The notes under the pieces were generated by a model. It was not told the origin of the DNA and ran no database searches. It saw nothing but the letters and a program-made list of their open reading frames with translations. DNA of 64,000 nt, taken from assembly GCA_963845535.1 (NCBI GenBank), contig CAWJSK010000017.1:50990-114989 (forward strand). The letters are read 5' to 3'. Source of the DNA: an uncultured Spirochaetota bacterium (GTDB taxonomy: Bacteria; Spirochaetota; Spirochaetia; SZUA-6; Fen-1364). Below are positions 29,661-39,645 of this stretch, piece after piece (position 1 is the stretch's first letter; each line of letters begins with the position of its first letter). The position numbers and the translations under genes are program-made.

Positions 29661-30865
29661 TGCCGGTCTACGTGTGCCGAGTAGCCAACGATAAGGGCAG
29701 GATCGAGGAGCTGCTGAGAGAGGCAGCTTCTGAGGAACCGCTCCTCAGGGAGCTATCTTCACGGAACCTCTTCGTCCTTTCCGTCAAGGAGCTTGTGAAG
29801 GGCCAGACCGCGCCCCGAACGAACAGGCGATTTTCTCGCAGAGTGGTTTACGAGCTTACCGATCTTCTTGCTCTCATGCTGGGCTCTGGTCTCTCACTGA
29901 AAGACGCGATCGAGGTGGCGCAGAGCGTCTCCAATCGCGGCGCCGGGAGCGAGCTTGTCACATTGCTCCTCGAGAGGATCCGAAAGGGCAGCACGCTCGC
30001 CGCCGCGCTGGAGGAAGCCGGGGGAAGTTTCCCGCCCGTGTATCGAGGAATGGTACGAATTGGGGAACGGATCGGGTCCCTCGATCAGGTCTTTGCGCGG
30101 TTGTCCTCGTATCTGCGTGATGAGAAAAAACTGAGGGAGCGGATTGGCGCGGCTCTCTTGTACCCGGCAATCGTTCTGGGTGTTGCGATCATAAGCGCCG
30201 TTGTCATCGTGGTCTTCCTGTTCCCTCGTCTTCGGGAGATATTCTCGCAGCTCGGAGCGGGGATGGCGGGCAAGGTCGAGACCCTCATGAGCTCCCTCAC
30301 GACGTCCTTCGCTGTCCTGGGCGCTCTTCTACCGGCAGCCGCGGGGATTTGCGTGGCCACGGTGAGGGCGCGGCAGCGGGGCGGCCCGCTTGCAATCCGC
30401 ATCGATGCCTTCTTTCTTCGCGTGCCTCTGGTCTCTTCATTCCTCATCCAGCGTGAGCTCCTGAACTTCGCCTTTGCCATGGAGACACTCACCGCGTCGG
30501 GGGTGAGCATCGAGGAGGCTCTGTCCGAGGGGGCTGATTCGGTGGGCAACAACGCGCTCAAGAGCGAGATCGTGGAGATCCGTGAGAAGGTCATAAAGGG
30601 TGATCATCTGTCGACTGCGTTTTCCGCCAGCACTCTTTTCCCTTCGCGCGTTGCCCGATGGGTGGCCATTGGGGAAAGGATCGGTCATGTCGAGAAGGTC
30701 TTTGGACAACTTCGCGCGTACTACCAGCAGGAGGTCGAGAAATGGATAAACAGGCTCATGACACTCATCGAGCCGGCGTTCATCGTCGTGCTGGGGATAT
30801 TGATCATCCTTTTCGTTGTCTTCTTCATCGTTCCCATCTTTTCACTGTACGGCAACATCCTGTAG
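29660..30865 (+). CDS. gspF: GspF/PilC inner-membrane platform protein
   Basis: Two T2SSF domains (GERIGSLD...LLYP; GERIGHVE...LIEP) with TM helices. Confidence 0.93.
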   Translation: MPVYVCRVANDKGRIEELLREAASEEPLLRELSSRNLFVLSVKELVKGQTAPRTNRRFSRRVVYELTDLLALMLGSGLSLKDAIEVAQSVSNRGAGSELVTLLLERIRKGSTLAAALEEAGGSFPPVYRGMVRIGERIGSLDQVFARLSSYLRDEKKLRERIGAALLYPAIVLGVAIISAVVIVVFLFPRLREIFSQLGAGMAGKVETLMSSLTTSFAVLGALLPAAAGICVATVRARQRGGPLAIRIDAFFLRVPLVSSFLIQRELLNFAFAMETLTASGVSIEEALSEGADSVGNNALKSEIVEIREKVIKGDHLSTAFSASTLFPSRVARWVAIGERIGHVEKVFGQLRAYYQQEVEKWINRLMTLIEPAFIVVLGILIILFVVFFIVPIFSLYGNIL

Positions 30866-31290
30866 ACGATCGCGAGGCCGGGTGGACCTTCGTGGAGGTC
30901 ATCATCGTCATCGCCATCATCCTGATACTCACAAGCGCCGTGGGCTTCATGGCGTTCCGCTATGTCGACAAGGCGCGCCAGGTCACCGCGAGGAGCCAGA
31001 TCGAAACCCTCTCTCTTGCCCTGAATGCGTACGCAACGGATTGCAAGCAATATCCGACGAAGGAGCAGGGACTGGATGCCTTGTGGGTCAAGCCGGTCCT
31101 GGAGCCTCTCCCGGCCGGCTGGAGCGGGCCATACGTCAACAAGAAGATCACCGCTGATCCCTGGGATCATCCCTATGAATACACCGTCCCCGGGCCCAAC
31201 GGCCTGCCGTTCGGCCTGCGTTCCCTCGGCGCGGACGGAAAGGAAGGCGGGGAGGCAAACGACAAGGACATAGCCTCATGGGAGGATTGA
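30742..31290 (+). CDS. gspG: Major pseudopilin GspG
   Basis: AG|WTFVEVIIVIAIILIL; YPTKEQGLDAL, WSGPY, DPWDHPYEY, SLGADG. Only SD-supported in-frame start is ATG 30742 (AGGAGGT), inside gspF. Confidence 0.9.
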   Translation: MDKQAHDTHRAGVHRRAGDIDHPFRCLLHRSHLFTVRQHPVDDREAGWTFVEVIIVIAIILILTSAVGFMAFRYVDKARQVTARSQIETLSLALNAYATDCKQYPTKEQGLDALWVKPVLEPLPAGWSGPYVNKKITADPWDHPYEYTVPGPNGLPFGLRSLGADGKEGGEANDKDIASWED

Positions 31291-31493
31291 ACAGGCCGGA
31301 GGGTGACGCAGGATACGTACTCCTGGATGTCCTGGTGGCACTTCTCATTGTTGCCATAGGGTTTGCCGCTTTCCTCGGAGGAATCAGCCTTGCGGGCTCT
31401 CTGACTGTACGGCAGACCCAGCGGGTTGAGAAGATGATCGAGCAAAGGAACTCCGATGCGAAGGAGCAGAGGGTTGTTTTCGGGAGGGAATGA
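31278..31493 (+). CDS. Minor pseudopilin (GspI-like, very short)
   Basis: AG|YVLLDVLVALLIVAIG prepilin-like helix; overlaps the gspG stop. Confidence 0.7.
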   Translation: MGGLNRPEGDAGYVLLDVLVALLIVAIGFAAFLGGISLAGSLTVRQTQRVEKMIEQRNSDAKEQRVVFGRE

Positions 31494-31980
31494 GAATGGC
31501 TGGACCATTCTTGAAATCCTGGTTGCCCTTTTCGTCGTGTCCAGCCTTGGGATCTGCGCCTGGCAGGCGGTGGGCGTTTCCCTGCGGTTGTCAGCCCGGC
31601 TTCAAGACGCCATGCTTGCGGGGTCCCGGTTGATCCAGCTGGACGATCGCATCCGCGGGTTTGCGGCGCGCGTCCTTCCGCCATATTGGGCGCCGGATAA
31701 CATTGTTGAAATCCGGGATGGGACGGTACGAGTACCGTACCTTGATGGGGACCCCTCGAAGGATTTCACGATGAGCTTTCTCAAAGGCGTGCTTGTCGTC
31801 GGGGACGGGGTCAGCGCTACGCAATATCTCGATTTTCCGATGGTCACATTTTCCCCGGCAGGGGACAAAGGAGATCGTTCTTACGGGATACAGATGGAGG
31901 TTTCGGGGAAAGACGGCAAAGCGGTCGTGATATTCGCGAGATTCGGGGGCGTGCCCATCGGGAGCGTGGCGCCGCAATGA
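31456..31980 (+). CDS. Minor pseudopilin (GspJ-like)
   Basis: NG|WTILEILVALFVVSSLG with conserved E5. Confidence 0.75.
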   Translation: MRRSRGLFSGGNENGWTILEILVALFVVSSLGICAWQAVGVSLRLSARLQDAMLAGSRLIQLDDRIRGFAARVLPPYWAPDNIVEIRDGTVRVPYLDGDPSKDFTMSFLKGVLVVGDGVSATQYLDFPMVTFSPAGDKGDRSYGIQMEVSGKDGKAVVIFARFGGVPIGSVAPQ

Positions 31981-32987
31981 GATGGAGCAGGGAAGGGTCT
32001 TCCACGATTGTTGCGTTGACGTTCCTTATCCTCATGGCTTCCGTTGCAGCCGGGTGCGCGCTCATTCTCCAGGCGGTGTTCGCCTATACTCGTCACAGCG
32101 CAGATCGTGATGAGCTAAGAAACATCCTGCGAAAGGAAAGGGAGCGCGTTATCAAGTTGATCGCAGCGGATCCCACGCCGAACACCGATTATCCGTTCGA
32201 TCCTGTCTGGACGGAGCTCACTCACGTCGAGTCCCCCGGGGTGGGCGTCGCCCTTCAGGATGTTTCCAGCAAGCTGAACGCGAATTGGGTTCAGAAAACC
32301 ATCCTCGAAAAAACGGCTCTCGCGGCGTTATTGCGTCCGGGCTTCACGGCCCAGGACCTTCAACAGCGAAGAGAGGACAAGGGCATCTCGACCGACATTG
32401 CCGCGGAGTACGGTGACCTCATCAAGGATGAAGCGCTTTCCCGGTATTTCACGGGGTACGGCTACGCCAACCTCAATACAACCGACGAGTTTGCGCTGCG
32501 GAAGCTGTATGAGGTCCGCATGGGAGATCCGTCCGGCGCGGAGATGTTTCGAACGCGGTGGCAGCAGGCAATGATCCAGAAGAAAGTCCTGAAGCGCACC
32601 GACCTGAGGGAGTTCCTCGGACTCGACTATGACAGGCTCTTCCCGGTTTTCAATGTCGAGCCTGTCTTCAATGTGTACTTTCTGGACCCCCTCGTGCTCT
32701 CGGAGCTGCTCTCATTTCCCGACTTCAAGGTTCCAAAGCCGAAACAAACGGCACAGCTCATCCTGGATTCGCGGCACAGAGCCGAGCTCCCTCCGGAGGA
32801 ATTGCGAAGGATGATCGGTGTCGGGGAAGAAAACCCGATCTGCAGTTACCTCGGAGTTGTCACGTGGTTCTGGAGGATCACGGTTTCCAGGGATGCCACA
32901 CGACTGGAGATCATCGTTGCCAGGTTGCCCTCGGATGACGGCAGTGCATCTCATTTCATGGTGACTGAGGAGAGGTTTTTCCCGTGA
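31977..32987 (+). CDS. Minor pseudopilin GspK-like
   Basis: EG|SSTIVALTFLIL lacking E5; LQDVSSKLNAN and NLNTT motifs; position in operon. Confidence 0.72.
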   Translation: MRWSREGSSTIVALTFLILMASVAAGCALILQAVFAYTRHSADRDELRNILRKERERVIKLIAADPTPNTDYPFDPVWTELTHVESPGVGVALQDVSSKLNANWVQKTILEKTALAALLRPGFTAQDLQQRREDKGISTDIAAEYGDLIKDEALSRYFTGYGYANLNTTDEFALRKLYEVRMGDPSGAEMFRTRWQQAMIQKKVLKRTDLREFLGLDYDRLFPVFNVEPVFNVYFLDPLVLSELLSFPDFKVPKPKQTAQLILDSRHRAELPPEELRRMIGVGEENPICSYLGVVTWFWRITVSRDATRLEIIVARLPSDDGSASHFMVTEERFFP

Positions 32988-34147
32988 TTTCACTCGGCTA
33001 CGCCCGACAGCAGGAAGACGAGGTCCGCATCACGCGGCTCTCTGACGGCACACCGCTTACCAACGGAGTCCGCCTTGACGGCGTTTTGGTGTCTCGCCTT
33101 GATTTCGACGTACAGGTTTTGAGCGTCCCTCATGTCCCGGAAAATGAAATGGACGGGCTCATACGGTACCGTCTGCGCAGCATTTACCCGGGCAATCCCG
33201 GCGAAACCTCTTTCGATTATCGCCTGGAGTCCGATGGGCAGGTGCGTACCGCCGTGGTTTTCATTGGCAGAAAAAAGGTCCTTGAAGACTACAAAGCAGC
33301 GGCCAAGCAAAGGCCAATTTGCCTCCCGTATGCGCTGACGAAAAGAATTGCCAGGGCTCGAAAGGACGTCCGAGTCTGGTTCTGTCACCCGGCATGGGTG
33401 GAGGTTTCGACGTTCCGCGCCGGGTTGCTTGTTTCCAGCGTCGTTGGGCGGAGGGAGGACAGGCCGTTCGATTTTGCCCACTTTGAGAGCATGGAGGCGG
33501 ATGATAATCGCGCCCTGCCTCTGCTCCTCATTGCCTCTCAGGAAGAAATCGGCCAACTGCGCGGGCACAGAGAAGGGTCCGTCCCAAGTGCTGCCTCCCA
33601 GGCTGAGCTCCTCAGCTTCGGGGATCTCGAGTCCACGCTGAGGAATGTCGACGGTCTTTTCCGGGAGAAGAAACGTACGCCAAGGCTCTTCACTCCCACG
33701 GCAAGGATCGCCGGACTCGTCTTGATTGTCGCCGTTCTTACGGTCCTTGTCTTTTTCAAACGGGTCTGGATGGCGGAAAGCCGTGAGGGAGCGCTCAAGA
33801 AGACCTATTCCGTTCTCGAAAGTCAGATTCGCCGGACCCTCGATTTGCAGAAGGACGTGGACGCCCTCCGCGCAGAGCTCGCTCGAATCGACTCAGCAAG
33901 ACCGCAGGACCTCTACCTGTTCCTTTCTGAATTGACGGGAGTCCTTGGGGAAGATGTCCAGATCCGCAGCATCCAAATCCAGGAGGACGGTTTCCAGATC
34001 GAGGCGGTTGGGTCCAACCCGTTGCGACTCATGGAAGGATTTCGCAACAGCGCCCTGTTCGACGCCGTGAAACTCTCCCAGGTTGTCCCTGATGCTCGTT
34101 CGGGGAAAGAGCGATTCTCTTTCTCAGGTGTCTTCCATGCTCGCTAA
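32984..34147 (+). CDS. GspL/PilM-PilN-like assembly protein
   Basis: Cytoplasmic N-domain, one TM (IAGLVLIVAVLTVLVFF), coiled coil, PilN-like C-domain. Confidence 0.65.
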   Translation: MISLGYARQQEDEVRITRLSDGTPLTNGVRLDGVLVSRLDFDVQVLSVPHVPENEMDGLIRYRLRSIYPGNPGETSFDYRLESDGQVRTAVVFIGRKKVLEDYKAAAKQRPICLPYALTKRIARARKDVRVWFCHPAWVEVSTFRAGLLVSSVVGRREDRPFDFAHFESMEADDNRALPLLLIASQEEIGQLRGHREGSVPSAASQAELLSFGDLESTLRNVDGLFREKKRTPRLFTPTARIAGLVLIVAVLTVLVFFKRVWMAESREGALKKTYSVLESQIRRTLDLQKDVDALRAELARIDSARPQDLYLFLSELTGVLGEDVQIRSIQIQEDGFQIEAVGSNPLRLMEGFRNSALFDAVKLSQVVPDARSGKERFSFSGVFHAR

Positions 34148-34655
34148 GCGCGAAAGGTTCCTCCTCCTGGTTCTCTCCGCGATCTTCGCCGCCTGCGCCC
34201 TTGCTATCTTTCTCAACCTTGCCGCAGAGCGCTTGAGAGCAGCCCGCACGAATGCCGTGCAGTACCAGGCGCAGATTCTGAAACTCCGCCAGAACCTCCA
34301 CTCGGAGGATCGTCTCATTTCCGAACGAGGCCGGCTCACGGAGAGGCTTGCAGGCGCGAAGACGAAGTATTATTCCAGCGGCGAGATCAGTCCCTTCACC
34401 TTTGGAACAATTGTACGAAAGAAGCTTTCCTTTCGCGGGATAAGAGTTGTCCGTTACCAGATGATAGAGCAGAAGGATGTGACCAGTTTTGAGTTTACGG
34501 TAGAGGCCCCGGTAAGCTCGCTGATCCTTTTCCTCAAGGATATCTCGGAGTTTGAAAGGTATTGGACCGTCTCATCATTCAAACTTACGATGAGAGAGCG
34601 GACAGCCTCCGCGGATGCAGTGTTCAGGATAGGATATGAAGTTCTCGATTTCTAG
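34137..34655 (+). CDS. GspM/PilO-like protein
   Basis: RERFLLLVL N-terminal TM motif, coiled coil; follows the GspL-like gene. Confidence 0.65.
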   Translation: MLAKRERFLLLVLSAIFAACALAIFLNLAAERLRAARTNAVQYQAQILKLRQNLHSEDRLISERGRLTERLAGAKTKYYSSGEISPFTFGTIVRKKLSFRGIRVVRYQMIEQKDVTSFEFTVEAPVSSLILFLKDISEFERYWTVSSFKLTMRERTASADAVFRIGYEVLDF

Positions 34656-35106
34656 AGTGGCGGAAACTTTCCTGGCGGCGGCAGCCGTTGGCCTTCTTGC
34701 CGCCGTGCTCATTCCCTGGGGCGACGAAGCGCAAAAGTCAGCGCCGGAACCATCGAACGCGCAGGTCTCCGTGAGCACATCGAACGCGCACGTCCAGCCG
34801 AATCCCGCTTCGCCCGTGGTCATTCTATCAATGTTCGTAGGAAGGAGCTCCTCAAGGGCCTCGGCTCCTGCTCAGGCTCCAGCGCCCGTCGCAAAAAAGC
34901 CCGTTGATGCGCCGTGGCTGAGCTACCTGGGCTTCTACAGCGGCGTTCCCGGAAAACCTTACTATCTTTTTAAGGATACACGAGCAGGCCGAGTCATCAA
35001 GGTTGCTGATGGTGTCGTGACTGACGGATGGTCTCTGGTTGAAACGGGAGACAAGCGCGTGGTGGTTCGGAATAATGACGATATCTATATCGTGAGAATG
35101 AGGTGA
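34636..35106 (+). CDS. GspC/PilP-like protein (TM, Pro/Ala linker, small beta domain)
   Basis: N-terminal TM, low-complexity linker, WLSYLG...GWSLVE beta-rich domain. Confidence 0.5.
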   Translation: MKFSISRVAETFLAAAAVGLLAAVLIPWGDEAQKSAPEPSNAQVSVSTSNAHVQPNPASPVVILSMFVGRSSSRASAPAQAPAPVAKKPVDAPWLSYLGFYSGVPGKPYYLFKDTRAGRVIKVADGVVTDGWSLVETGDKRVVVRNNDDIYIVRMR

Positions 35107-35804
35107 TGATGCAAAAAGCCGCTGTCGCTCTGTTGCTCCTTGCCATGACACTCGTTTCCTGCGCTTCGCAGAACCGTGGAGACCCCAGTGCCTTCGACAG
35201 AGCTCCTCTCTTTGGGATGATATACGACGAAGACAATCAACCCTGCCCTGGAGTGAATCTGGGCGTGGACGGAAAAGACTCAGATCAAGAAACCGGGCTC
35301 GTTTCAGACATTCGTGGAAGGTTTGTAGTCCCTGATCTCCAGCGCGGCAAGCACGTGGTCATTGCGCGCAAGGAAGGTTTCGAGGACCTCTCCGTGGAGG
35401 TTCTCTTTCTCAACAAGACGGATGTCCTCTTCTTGCGGATGGTCTCCTTTGGACAGCTTCTCACAAGCGCGGAGAAGGCCCTCGGGGAGAGGAAATGGGC
35501 AGAGGCTGACGCATTCCTGACGCGCGCTGAAAAGCTTGATGCCGGAGACGGTGTTCTTCTCTATCTGCGCGCCGTGAGGGCCTACAAGATCGGGATGTGG
35601 CAGGAGGCTGTGGTTTTTTTGAACATCGTGCTGGACAAGGGCATAAAGGAACCTGCTGTTTACCTGTTTCTTGCTGACCTTTATGAGCGCAAACTAGCCG
35701 AGCCGCAGAAAGCCATCGAAAGCCTCCAGGAGTACCTGTCCCGGATTGCGGACGAGGAAGCGCAGAAGCGGCTCGACGGACTGAAAGGACAGGCGAAGAA
35801 ATAG
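35103..35804 (+). CDS. Lipoprotein with carboxypeptidase-regulatory-like beta domain and TPR repeats (pilotin candidate)
   Basis: Lipobox LVSC; SDIRGRFVVPDL...KEGF; helical TPR-like C-half; last gene of the operon. Confidence 0.7.
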   Translation: MMMQKAAVALLLLAMTLVSCASQNRGDPSAFDRAPLFGMIYDEDNQPCPGVNLGVDGKDSDQETGLVSDIRGRFVVPDLQRGKHVVIARKEGFEDLSVEVLFLNKTDVLFLRMVSFGQLLTSAEKALGERKWAEADAFLTRAEKLDAGDGVLLYLRAVRAYKIGMWQEAVVFLNIVLDKGIKEPAVYLFLADLYERKLAEPQKAIESLQEYLSRIADEEAQKRLDGLKGQAKK

Positions 35805-35838
35805 CGGTTCAGGGAAAAGAAAGCCATAGAATTTAGAC

Positions 35839-35891
35839 GCGCAGGGAAACGATCATTGCGTTGATGATCCCCGCGCGCTATTCTTTTTCCC
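35839..35891. terminator. Probable terminator between convergent genes
   Basis: Imperfect GCGCAGGG..GATCAT/ATGATC..CCCGCGCGC hairpin followed by TATTCTTTTT. Confidence 0.45.
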
Positions 35892-35901
35892 TGGATTGCC
35901 C

Positions 35902-36657
35902 TTATTGTACGACTCCCATCAAGGCGTTGTTATTGTAGATGATTGAAAGAGCAGAACCTGAGTCGAGATCTGCCCCCAAGTTCGACGCGGTATTGATGGA
36001 GCCATTGAAGACGCCAATTCGAGCGGCCGACGTTATGAAATAAGAACCAGTGAAAGTCCGGGTTCCATTTGAAAAGGGCGTACTTCCACCAGTGTAGCAG
36101 GAGGGAGAAGACACGAAAAGGATAAGGTTGGCATACTGGGGAAGATAGGAGTAATGGGCTGCCACTGTGTCCCACGTCACAGTGAGATCGGTGTTTTTTG
36201 GATAGTTCATGAGAGTCGGCGCGGATAAGACATTCAGCGCTGAAGGGACTTGTATTGATGCCGTTATGTTCAGGCTTCCTCTTGTGATGGAGAAATCGAT
36301 GGTTGATCCTTCAGTGAGAAAAGCAGAGGGGCTCCAGCCTGTAGTTGTTTTTCTGTAATAGCCGTAAGAGCCGTCATAGGGAATTACGTTTTCGTGCTTA
36401 ATCCCTCCCGCGTCAGGAAGGTTTATTTTGACGGTCGCATCAGTGACGCAAAATGGTGATGAACCATCCGTCAGTTGAATGTTGCAAAGATTTATGCCGC
36501 CGGTTGTAATCGCCGTCAAGCTGCCCATAAGCTTGGGCAAATTGGCGGATGGCTGTTGATCGTCGTTATTGCCTCCGCCGCCCGGAGAACCGCAACCAGT
36601 CAGGGCTACTATGGAACTCATTACAGCGTAAAGAAATAGGTGGTAAGTTTTTTTCAT
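35902..36657 (-). CDS. Hypothetical beta-rich lipoprotein, AT-rich
   Basis: MKKTYHLFLYAVMSSIVALTGC lipobox, Gly-rich tether, Ser/Thr-rich beta-like mature part. Confidence 0.75.
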   Translation of the reverse strand: MKKTYHLFLYAVMSSIVALTGCGSPGGGGNNDDQQPSANLPKLMGSLTAITTGGINLCNIQLTDGSSPFCVTDATVKINLPDAGGIKHENVIPYDGSYGYYRKTTTGWSPSAFLTEGSTIDFSITRGSLNITASIQVPSALNVLSAPTLMNYPKNTDLTVTWDTVAAHYSYLPQYANLILFVSSPSCYTGGSTPFSNGTRTFTGSYFITSAARIGVFNGSINTASNLGADLDSGSALSIIYNNNALMGVVQ

Positions 36658-37084
36658 TTTTGTCCCCATTTTCATTTAACATTTAAAGAGCACGCTCAAC
36701 GAGCGTCGACACGGAACGGGCAAATTGCTTTCTTCCCTCTTTCCTCCTTTGTCGGATCTAACAATTCTCGCATTTCATCAACGTGAGTTTGATTAGGACG
36801 TCACCAAGCTACTTTTGCGGAAAGTCGACAGGCATTTCACAACTGACTTCCTTAATCACTCAACGTTCTCTGCAAAATCTATATCATGGAGATTCTATCT
36901 TTTCAAGTGTTTTTTGACGACCGCGTTTTAGAAAAAAAATCTGCAGGGAATATTGAAATCAAATTGCTTATGTGATAATCTTCAAAGCAAAAGAAATCTC
37001 AATTTAAACGAGTTCATTAAAAAGGAGCAGCATATGAGATATCGGCACGTCTGTGACATAGCATAGCGTCCAGCTTTCAATCTC

Positions 37085-38368
37085 ATGCAAAAGTCGCGTA
37101 AGCGAGCCGGCGCGCGTTTCGCTACCTGCGCCGCACTTATCATTGCAATTCTTGTGGCTATCGCCGCCGCCTTGAACCTGCGCAGCAACGCAGAATTGTC
37201 CGCTCATCTTGAGGACATGGAGGCTAGAAGCAAACAGAGGGACGTTCAGCTCGAGTCTGAGGTTGAAGGCATTTCCCAACAGCTCGACATGCTCTCTGGA
37301 GGGATGTACGAAGAGATTGCCGCCGCCCGGCACGCGGCCCAGGGGGAGGCAAGCCGGCTGGGAAGCAGATTATCGAGCTCGCTTTCCACGGTAAGGGCAA
37401 AGTTGGACGAAATGGCCAAGCAGTTTAGGACGCAAACGGCAGAGGCGGCAACTCCTCCGGAAGCCTCTACGGTCCCTCCTACCGCGGAACCCGCGGTGAC
37501 GGTAACCGCAGCGCCGGCCCCAGTATCCGAGGCAGCGCTCAAGGAGTCTGTTTTATCCAGCAAGGACCTGCAGGCAATCAGTCAACTCAGAGAGGGAAAG
37601 CTCCTTTTCGAATCCGCGAAATACGAGCAAGCTCAAAAGCTCCTTCATGAAGCGCTGCTTCTTCAGCCCGACAACACAGATGCCATGCTTTACTACGCGG
37701 CGAGCCTTTACCGGACCAATCCGAGTGATTCAAGCGCCTATTCAATCATCGAAAAAAATCTTCGGGTTACTATTTCCCGTGACGGAGATAGCCCCCTTGC
37801 GCTTGAAACTCTCGCAATGGTTGCCATGGAACGTCAGAATTGGCCTGACGCAATGGATTATCTCCGGCGACTCATCACGGTGAGGCCGGAAAATGCGGCA
37901 TTTCTCAAGATGGCGGGATATTGCTCGCTGAAGTCGGGCGACCTGGAGAGCGCGAGAGACTATTTTCAGGCGGCGTGTGTTCAGGCTCCCTTAGATGGGG
38001 AAGCGCTCACCATGCTAGGGGATTGCGAATCCGGTTTGGGGGATGCGGAGAAAGCAGAAGCGGACTGGAAAGTTGCGCTCTCGACTGTTGATCCAAAGAC
38101 CGCCAACGTTTCACGGAAAAGCATTGCCCTTCGAGAGAAACTTGCCTCTTCTGCCTATGGTCGCAGCGCCTTTGACGAGAGCATGGCGTACTCAATGCAA
38201 AAGGAAAAAGAAGCCGGATCGACCCTTCTTCGCGCCTACGAGGGTCTCAACGCCATTGCCCTGGGGAATGCGACTAAGGGAATCGCAATCTTGAAGGAAG
38301 TCTCCGCGTCAACTGATCCTCAGGCTTCCGCCCTGGCGGATAAAGGCCTCACGGAGAGTGGTCAATGA
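37085..38368 (+). CDS. Membrane-anchored coiled-coil/TPR protein
   Basis: N-terminal TM, coiled coil, PT/A-rich linker, multiple TPR-like repeats (LQPDNTDAMLYYA, VRPENAAFL). Confidence 0.8.
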   Translation: MQKSRKRAGARFATCAALIIAILVAIAAALNLRSNAELSAHLEDMEARSKQRDVQLESEVEGISQQLDMLSGGMYEEIAAARHAAQGEASRLGSRLSSSLSTVRAKLDEMAKQFRTQTAEAATPPEASTVPPTAEPAVTVTAAPAPVSEAALKESVLSSKDLQAISQLREGKLLFESAKYEQAQKLLHEALLLQPDNTDAMLYYAASLYRTNPSDSSAYSIIEKNLRVTISRDGDSPLALETLAMVAMERQNWPDAMDYLRRLITVRPENAAFLKMAGYCSLKSGDLESARDYFQAACVQAPLDGEALTMLGDCESGLGDAEKAEADWKVALSTVDPKTANVSRKSIALREKLASSAYGRSAFDESMAYSMQKEKEAGSTLLRAYEGLNAIALGNATKGIAILKEVSASTDPQASALADKGLTESGQ

Positions 38369-39408
38369 TGGCTCGCGCAATCAATCAAAAGATGATGCTT
38401 GTCTCTATCCTTGCTTTGCTTCTGGGAAAGGACGTGGAGGCCCTGGATATTTACCTGGCTCGCATGGTCTATCAAAATGAAAGCGGCGCAAAGGATGAAG
38501 AGACCAAACGCTTGCAAGAGGATCTTTTCCAGAAGCTTGCGAGTGCCGAACTGAACGAGTCGGTCAGCCTTCACAAAGTCGACGGCGGAGAATCCCCACC
38601 CGAGTCATATCTGGATGCCGCAAGGCTTTCTGAATCCCAAGGCTACGCCAATTTGCTCTATGGATACATCAAGCGCACCTCGTATTCGTATTATGCAGAA
38701 GTGAAACTCCTCACTCGGGAAAACAAGGACATTACGGCCACTTTCATCGGCGGGGATGACGACATGCATTACCAACGTCTCGTTGATGATCTGGCAGCGA
38801 AAATTGTGACTTATATTCGGGACGATCTCGGTATGGCCCCTCTCCAATCGCGAAAAGTGCCTGTCAGGAACATCTTGACCATTCCTGTTTATGTCGGCTA
38901 CTGGGCGCCAATGAGCTCTGGTTGGAGCAACGCCCTGTCCGGTCTGGTGTGCGCGAACGTCGGAATCAGGTATGTGCCAACGGTGCCCCTTTATCATCTG
39001 TGGAACAGGCCCGGTTTCCTTGCCATGGGATTGGATGTCGAATATGGGTTGGGGATGAATCAAGGAGGGCTGGAGCCATTTTTCCTTCACGCAGTGAGGG
39101 TACGCCTTCCCATTGAAGCCTACCTGGACTTTAAGAACAACGACAGGCTGGGTCTTGGTCTGGGCCCCATGATTGAAATCGACACGATGATTCAATCCAG
39201 ATTGTATGGCAGTACAGTCACTGAGACCACAGTCACCCCCGGCGTTTCGTTTTCGGTTTTGTACCAACACGCGCTTTCGAGCTCTATTTCCCTCGGTCTT
39301 GCCAGCATTATCGATATTGCTTTCTATTCGCAGCCTTTTGTGGTTTTTTCTCCCAGACTCTCCGTTGATTTCAAGCTCTTAGGGGGTTCGGAGGAGAAGG
39401 TAAAATGA
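38365..39408 (+). CDS. Exported protein with probable C-terminal outer-membrane beta-barrel
   Basis: Leader MMLVSILALLLGKDVEA; C-half of alternating hydrophobic strands ending SPRLSVDFKL. Confidence 0.6.
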   Translation: MMARAINQKMMLVSILALLLGKDVEALDIYLARMVYQNESGAKDEETKRLQEDLFQKLASAELNESVSLHKVDGGESPPESYLDAARLSESQGYANLLYGYIKRTSYSYYAEVKLLTRENKDITATFIGGDDDMHYQRLVDDLAAKIVTYIRDDLGMAPLQSRKVPVRNILTIPVYVGYWAPMSSGWSNALSGLVCANVGIRYVPTVPLYHLWNRPGFLAMGLDVEYGLGMNQGGLEPFFLHAVRVRLPIEAYLDFKNNDRLGLGLGPMIEIDTMIQSRLYGSTVTETTVTPGVSFSVLYQHALSSSISLGLASIIDIAFYSQPFVVFSPRLSVDFKLLGGSEEKVK

Positions 39409-39645
39409 AAAAGGCCATTCTTATTCAGTTCATTCCTACGGCGTTGCTGATTTGTTCATGCGGCGGCGGGCTCCTCACCGACATGAGCAGGACTTTGGCA
39501 GATCCGGCGATTGCTGTCCCGACCGTTACATCGTTTGTTTCAGAAAACCGAATTGATGTCTCATGGTCCAGTGATCCGGGTGCGGACCGGTATATGTTGG
39601 AACGAGCATTGGACGCGGTAACACCCGTCTTCACGATTGTCTACG

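Noticed and set aside
25527..35804. Type IV pilus or Tad/competence system instead of T2SS
   Set aside because: The major pilin has GspG hallmark motifs, a GspK-like gene is present, and there is no PilT or Tad gene. A phylogeny is still needed to exclude it fully.
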